Source: Bacteroidota bacterium (GTDB lineage: Bacteria > Bacteroidota > Ignavibacteria > Kapaibacteriales > UBA961). Taken from it: 64,000 nucleotides of DNA. Position numbers and translations under genes: made by a program. A model generated the notes under the pieces. The model saw only the letters and a program-made list of their open reading frames with translations. It made no database searches and was not told where the DNA came from. Positions 58,885 to 64,000 of this stretch are shown in pieces; within the stretch, counting starts at the first letter, position 1, and every line of letters starts with the position of its first letter. The stretch covers positions 19,165-83,164 of the forward strand of contig JBMOIC010000008.1 of the NCBI GenBank assembly GCA_049317525.1. The letters are read 5' to 3'.

Positions 58885-61005
58885 TTATCGTACAATATGG
58901 AATGGCATGGACACCGTAGATGTATGCGTTTTTAATCTAAGCATATACATTCCGCTTGATATATTAGATAGGGCTGCTTCTTGTAAATTAAGTACAAATC
59001 CATGTTCACCAGCTTCAAAAGATCCATTTTGAATAGTAATAATGCTATTACCTTGCATTGAACATAGTTCTAAGTTGATAGTAGAAATCGTTGGTAATGA
59101 AATATGTATTTCTGCAAATGAAGTTGCCGGCTGAGGCATAGCTTTTAACTGTGGGGCATGTACAAATATTGCTTGATCATTAACTTTTACGGTAATAGGC
59201 TGGGCAGTAACAGGAGAACTAGATTCATAATATGTACCACTTGCAGTTGTTCTTAATGCAACAGTTCTTACTTGATACACAGCTTTTTCACCTTTTTTGG
59301 CAGATTTATCTATATACGTAAGATTTGTAATAGGTACACTATTTAATTGATTAAATGGCCCATTTATACTTGAAGACTTATATACACAATATCCATCATA
59401 TTTCCCGCCACCTTCAGACCATTGAACAGTAATAGAATTATCAGATGATTCTGATAATTGAATAATATCTGGGGCTAATAATGGTTGATTTGAAGTCATT
59501 CTTAAGGTTGGATCTCCTAACAAAGATATATGTGTTCCGCGAGGATCAACCTGATAGATAATTCCATCTTTATATTTTTTAGTAGAAAATACAGATGTTA
59601 GATATTGCTGATTATTATTTTGAGCAGTGATAAGAATATCTCCAACGGTACGGCCTAATCCCATTGGATGAAAAAACCAATGCGGCCTTGCAGACCAACA
59701 TGTTGTTAACAAACTACCTTTTGATGCTAATGAAGCTCTCATCACATTATTTTCTGAATCCCAATCCCCAAAATAGCTTCCAAAAAGCATTGTAAACACA
59801 CTGTTGACAGATTTTGTGGCAAAATCTGCAGTAGCACCAATTCCACTGCAGCTACTATAACTTCCTGCACCACATCCATAAGCAAACATTATCGTATCTG
59901 TAGTAAAGAAATCACCAGATCCATTTATATTTTCAGGGCCACATAAAGGACCAAATCCTCTGTACGGAGTACCAGAAAATCCTTCGCCATATGCTTTAAA
60001 ATTATCATCGATAACGGCTGCATATTTAGGCTTAGTTTGCCCAGATCTAAACCTATGATTTTTGTCTAGATAACGCTTTAACAATTGAATTTCTGATTCA
60101 GGGAATGCATTCATTTGATAAAAGTCAACTCTGCCAAGGGCAATCCTGATATCAGAAATCAATTCAGATTGATCAAACTTTCCATCATTAGGTTCATTCT
60201 TATTTTCTTTTCTTGTAGCAGTTATACTATTTACATTATCATCTGTCCATGTACCATCGATATCAGCATAAAAAACATCTGCAGGCCAAGCTCCTTTATG
60301 ATCGGGATGTCCATCTGGATATACATCACCTGAATATGGCACGGCAATTCTACCTAATAATAGTATTGATTTAAGATCATCTGGATTCTTATCATATTCT
60401 ACTTTAATGATAGTTTTTACTATATCAATACTTGAAGAATTAAAGACAGGAGTTCTGGGTGCTTGAATAATTACTACATTCCACAATTCTTTGATTAAAT
60501 CTTGCTTTAATGTTTCTATCTCTAAAGCCAAGGAATCAGCAATTGTAGAATCTACTATGATTAAAACTTTACCTCTATATTGGACAGCAGGAATGTCAAT
60601 ACCTGCTACAGCATATCCTAAACCAAGATATTGCGTAATTGTATCATTTCCATTGCCAAGATTAATTGTGGTAATCTTTGCATATTCAGAAGTTCTTATG
60701 ATTTGATATTCATATTCTTTACCAATTTCTACTTCATTATCTGTATAAGAATTTGCATTTGATTGTAAAACTGCAATTTCTTTTCCCCAAGCAGTTTGAT
60801 CAAACCAACTATTTTCGGATGGATCTTTGCGAAACACAGAATACTTTTTTGCTGTTGGATCTTCTGTCCATACTAATTTAATTGACGGCTGTGGGTTTAT
60901 TGATGTTAATACTTTAAGTGGAATAGAATAAACCCTTCCATCTTCAGCAATTACAGTACTACAAACTAGAAGTATGAGAAACAGATGTGTAAATAAGTAT
61001 TGCAT
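58885..61005 (-). CDS. Large secreted protein with FN3-like modules and a T9SS-type C-terminal sorting domain; central domain possibly C25/clan-CD-like
   Basis: 706 aa with a signal peptide. FN3-like segments include SIKLVWTEDPTAKKYSVFRKD and ITVQWSEGGGKYDGYCVYKSS. The C-terminal roughly 80 aa (...AEIHISLPTISTINLELCSMQGNSIITIQNGSFEAGEHGFVLNL...GMYMLRLKTHTSTVSMPFHIVR) look like a T9SS CTD. Confidence 0.7.
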   Translation of the reverse strand: MQYLFTHLFLILLVCSTVIAEDGRVYSIPLKVLTSINPQPSIKLVWTEDPTAKKYSVFRKDPSENSWFDQTAWGKEIAVLQSNANSYTDNEVEIGKEYEYQIIRTSEYAKITTINLGNGNDTITQYLGLGYAVAGIDIPAVQYRGKVLIIVDSTIADSLALEIETLKQDLIKELWNVVIIQAPRTPVFNSSSIDIVKTIIKVEYDKNPDDLKSILLLGRIAVPYSGDVYPDGHPDHKGAWPADVFYADIDGTWTDDNVNSITATRKENKNEPNDGKFDQSELISDIRIALGRVDFYQMNAFPESEIQLLKRYLDKNHRFRSGQTKPKYAAVIDDNFKAYGEGFSGTPYRGFGPLCGPENINGSGDFFTTDTIMFAYGCGAGSYSSCSGIGATADFATKSVNSVFTMLFGSYFGDWDSENNVMRASLASKGSLLTTCWSARPHWFFHPMGLGRTVGDILITAQNNNQQYLTSVFSTKKYKDGIIYQVDPRGTHISLLGDPTLRMTSNQPLLAPDIIQLSESSDNSITVQWSEGGGKYDGYCVYKSSSINGPFNQLNSVPITNLTYIDKSAKKGEKAVYQVRTVALRTTASGTYYESSSPVTAQPITVKVNDQAIFVHAPQLKAMPQPATSFAEIHISLPTISTINLELCSMQGNSIITIQNGSFEAGEHGFVLNLQEAALSNISSGMYMLRLKTHTSTVSMPFHIVR

Positions 61006-61060
61006 ATCACTTCATAGATAATTATAAACAAAACAACACATGAAATTTACGAAGAAAACC

Positions 61061-62386
61061 TTAACGTTCATCTTCATTTTTATTTTTTTTCCTAAATAAA
61101 AACGAGACAGGAACGCCCTCTAAATCAAGATGTTTACGAAGTGTTCTTTCTAAAAATCTTTTATAAGAATCAGGTAATTCTTGAGGATGATTACAGAAAA
61201 ACGCGAAAGTAGGAGGAGCAACTTTAGTTTGTGTTATATAATTAATTCGGAGATCATGTCCACGATAATTTGGTGGAGGAGTTCTTGATATTTCTTCATG
61301 TAAGATATCATTCAATTTTGACGTTGTTATTCTTGATAATCTTCTTTGCTGAACTTCCTTTGCCATATCAATTAATTTGGAAAGTCTTTGCTTTGAATGC
61401 GCAGATATGTAAACAACAGGTACATAATCAAAAGTTTTTAATTCGCTATGCACTTTCCTAGTAAACTCTAAGGCAGTATTTGTTTCTTTTTCAATTGCAT
61501 CCCATTTATTTACTGCAATAATTACTCCTCGCCTAGCATCGATTACATCATTAATTATTCTTTTATCTTGGGCTTCTAAACCCCTTTCTGCATCTAAAAC
61601 TACCACTGCAATATCGCATCTATCTATTGCTCTTGCGGTTCTCATTGTAGAATACATCTCAATATTTTCTTTGATTTGGCTTCGTCTACGTAATCCAGCA
61701 GTATCAATTAATATAATTTCTTCATTATGATATTTAAGTGTGCTATCAATTGCATCCCTGGTTGTGCCTGGAATTGGTGATACGATGGCGCGATCTACAC
61801 CTAATAATGCATTAGTTATACTAGATTTTCCTACATTAGGACGCCCAACCAATGCAATTTTTAATCGAGTATCTTCTATGCTATTATCAGTTTTATGCAA
61901 AGGCTTAACTACAGAATCTAATAAATCTCCAGTACTTCTACCATTCATGGCTGAAATACCAAAAGGTTCACCTAATCCTAGAGTAAAAAATTCAAATAAC
62001 TGAGCATCTTGAACTGAATTATCACATTTATTGATTGCAAGGGTAACATGTTTACCACTTTGACGTAAAGTAGAAGCAATTTCTTTATCAACCGGCGTAA
62101 GTCCATCACGTCCATCACATACAAAGATAATTGATTGCGCTTCATCTATGGCTAAATGAGCTTGTTCACGAATTGCCCTATCAAATAATTCATCACTTTC
62201 AGGAATAATGCCACCGGTATCGATTAACATAAAAGCGAAACCATTCCATTCACCTTGGCCATAGTGTCTATCTCGAGTAACTCCAGATGTGGCATCTACG
62301 ATTGCATCACGCTGTTCGAGAATTCTATTAAATAATGTTGATTTACCAACATTAGGTCTTCCTACAATTGCTACTAGATTATGCAT
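61061..62386 (-). CDS. der: Ribosome-associated GTPase Der (EngA)
   Basis: Two tandem G domains (GRPNVGKSTLFN and GRPNVGKSSITN, each with DTGG/DTAG and NKCD/NKWD) plus a KH-like C-terminus. The ATG at 62386 (MHNLVAIVG) is chosen over the longer track ORF. Confidence 0.92.
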   Translation of the reverse strand: MHNLVAIVGRPNVGKSTLFNRILEQRDAIVDATSGVTRDRHYGQGEWNGFAFMLIDTGGIIPESDELFDRAIREQAHLAIDEAQSIIFVCDGRDGLTPVDKEIASTLRQSGKHVTLAINKCDNSVQDAQLFEFFTLGLGEPFGISAMNGRSTGDLLDSVVKPLHKTDNSIEDTRLKIALVGRPNVGKSSITNALLGVDRAIVSPIPGTTRDAIDSTLKYHNEEIILIDTAGLRRRSQIKENIEMYSTMRTARAIDRCDIAVVVLDAERGLEAQDKRIINDVIDARRGVIIAVNKWDAIEKETNTALEFTRKVHSELKTFDYVPVVYISAHSKQRLSKLIDMAKEVQQRRLSRITTSKLNDILHEEISRTPPPNYRGHDLRINYITQTKVAPPTFAFFCNHPQELPDSYKRFLERTLRKHLDLEGVPVSFLFRKKNKNEDER

Positions 62387-62416
62387 ATACTTTACTTTTT
62401 CTACTTGTATTTTTAT

Positions 62417-62424
62417 CAAAAATA
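62417..62424 (-). promoter_or_regulatory. Candidate FCB-type -7 promoter box (TAttTTTG on minus strand) upstream of der
   Basis: Plus strand caaaaata, 31 nt upstream of the ATG at 62386. Confidence 0.4.
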
Positions 62425-62521
62425 ATCTATTAAGCCCATATAGAAGGTATATCAAGGTAAATGATCTGTTCTATCTTTATGAAAATCTGAGAGAATTGTT
62501 TTCTTTTAAGCTATACTAAGG

Positions 62522-62529
62522 TATTTTTG
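62522..62529 (+). promoter_or_regulatory. Candidate FCB-type -7 promoter box (TAttTTTG) upstream of glyQS
   Basis: Exact TAnnTTTG match 33 nt upstream of the ATG at 62562. A TTG lies 23 nt further upstream (62496..62498). Confidence 0.4.
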
Positions 62530-62561
62530 TATCAACATTAGAACTCAAACAAGGCTTTATT

Positions 62562-63980
62562 ATGTCATCTCCATTAGATTCACTTCTTTCTTTAAGCAAA
62601 AGAAGAGGTTTCGTATTTCAATCTTCAGAAATTTATGGCGGCTTAAATGGTTGCTGGGACTATGGTCCATTAGGTGTTGAATTACTTCGCAATGTAAAAG
62701 AAGCATGGTGGAAATCAATGACTTATAGAGATGATATCGAAGGATTAGATGCCGCTATTTTGATGCATCCAAAAACCTGGGAAGCTTCTGGACATATTGG
62801 ACAATTTACAGACCCAATGATTGACAATAAAGTAAGCAAAGCTAGGCATCGGGCAGATACTTTAATTGAAGATTACATTCAAAAGTTGCAAAAAAAAGGT
62901 AAGAATGATCGTGCAGCTGCTGTTGAATCTAGGCTTAATGCAGCAGAACAACCTTCAGACTTTCACTCTATCATTATTGATGAGCAGATTCCAGACCCAG
63001 TAAGTGGCACAACTGATTGGACAGAAGTGCGATATTTTAATTTGATGTTTAAAACTTTTGTTGGCCCGGTAGAAGACATGTCAAATACTGTTTATCTAAG
63101 GCCTGAAACTGCCCAAGGTATTTTTGTTAATTTTAAGAATGTTTTGGATTCTACTCGTCAAAAGCCTCCATTTGGTATTGCACAAATTGGCAAAGCTTTC
63201 AGAAATGAAATAAACACTAAAAATTTCCTTTTTAGAACAAGGGAATTTGAACAAATGGAAATGCAATATTTTATTAAACCTGGAACAGAAAGAGAATGGT
63301 TTGACTATTGGTTTGAACAACGCTGGAATTGGTTTATTAATTTAGGAATGGATACTTCTGTCTTAAGAGCTAAACCACATGAAAAATTAGCTCATTATGC
63401 ATCTGCTGCAACCGATATTGAATTCCTTTTCCCATTTGGTTGGGGAGAAATAGAGGGTATACATTCAAGAACTGATTTCGATCTTAAAAATCATCAAGAA
63501 TTTTCTGGTAAAAAACAGGAATATGTTGATACCGTTACTAAAGAGCGTTATACTCCTTATGTTATAGAAACATCGGTTGGTGCGTCCAGATCTTTTATGG
63601 CCTTTTTATGTAATGCATTTGCCGAAGAAGACATTATGGCTGAAAATGGTAATTCTGAAAAACGATCTGTTTTGAGATTCCATCCTTCATTAGCACCTGT
63701 TAAAGCTGCTGTGTTTCCTTTAACAAGTAAAGATGGTTTACCAGAAATTGCAGAGCCTTTATATCGTGATTTGCAAAAAATCTGGCGGGTACAAATGGAT
63801 GAATCTGGTTCAATTGGTAAGCGATATCGTCGCCAAGATGAAATTGGTACTCCTTTTTGCATTACTATCGATAATGATACAATCATTGATCAAGCCGTTA
63901 CAATTAGAAATCGCGATACTATGCTTCAAGAAAGAATTGATATTTCAAGAGTAAAAGAATACATTTCTACTCATATTTAG
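62562..63980 (+). CDS. glyQS: Glycine--tRNA ligase (homodimeric alpha2 type)
   Basis: 472 aa. Has RGFVFQSSEIYGGLNGCWDYGPLGVELLRN, YLRPETAQGIFVNF and FRNEI...RTREFEQME, with a C-terminal anticodon-binding domain. Confidence 0.95.
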   Translation: MSSPLDSLLSLSKRRGFVFQSSEIYGGLNGCWDYGPLGVELLRNVKEAWWKSMTYRDDIEGLDAAILMHPKTWEASGHIGQFTDPMIDNKVSKARHRADTLIEDYIQKLQKKGKNDRAAAVESRLNAAEQPSDFHSIIIDEQIPDPVSGTTDWTEVRYFNLMFKTFVGPVEDMSNTVYLRPETAQGIFVNFKNVLDSTRQKPPFGIAQIGKAFRNEINTKNFLFRTREFEQMEMQYFIKPGTEREWFDYWFEQRWNWFINLGMDTSVLRAKPHEKLAHYASAATDIEFLFPFGWGEIEGIHSRTDFDLKNHQEFSGKKQEYVDTVTKERYTPYVIETSVGASRSFMAFLCNAFAEEDIMAENGNSEKRSVLRFHPSLAPVKAAVFPLTSKDGLPEIAEPLYRDLQKIWRVQMDESGSIGKRYRRQDEIGTPFCITIDNDTIIDQAVTIRNRDTMLQERIDISRVKEYISTHI

Positions 63981-64000
63981 AAATCTATGCATTTCAAAGA

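Overview
AT-rich, densely coding chromosomal window with about 48 CDS on both strands. By eye I found no rRNA, tRNA, CRISPR array, transposase, integrase or phage genes. Most of it is ordinary core genome. Housekeeping genes include hutU, asnB, metG, trpS, glyQS, rpsA, miaA, secA, der, katG, pdxB and P5C dehydrogenase. Also present are a SEDS protein, an S41 peptidase, several ABC ATPases, UDP-xylose synthase and a GT2 synthase. Three things point to an FCB-group bacterium (Bacteroidota/Ignavibacteriota-like); species cannot be named from sequence alone. First, two secreted proteins end in T9SS-type C-terminal sorting domains. Second, Shine-Dalgarno sequences are largely absent. Third, TAnnTTTG '-7' promoter boxes recur 20-90 nt upstream of start codons. 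I see no defence island or mobile element. The most unusual content is as follows. (1) A tandem pair of paralogous 'signal peptide + beta-barrel-like domain + OmpA_C' envelope proteins has swapped middle modules. One carries vWA plus carboxypeptidase-regulatory-like domains. The other carries a 64-residue module with 17 Cys and 5 His. A DUF4397 lipoprotein and a terminator follow. (2) A YitJ-like MTHFR fusion has an N-terminal homocysteine-methyltransferase-like domain that appears to have lost all three canonical zinc-ligand cysteines. (3) A translationally coupled operon mixes a trans-sulfuration PLP enzyme, an orphan SEDS polymerase, a glutamine-dependent AsnB, a beta-CASP MBL nuclease and RidA. 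(4) A eukaryote-like ACMSD decarboxylase sits alone next to an orphan double ABC ATPase. All functional calls come from reading the supplied translations and my own translation of the edge ORF. No searches were run.
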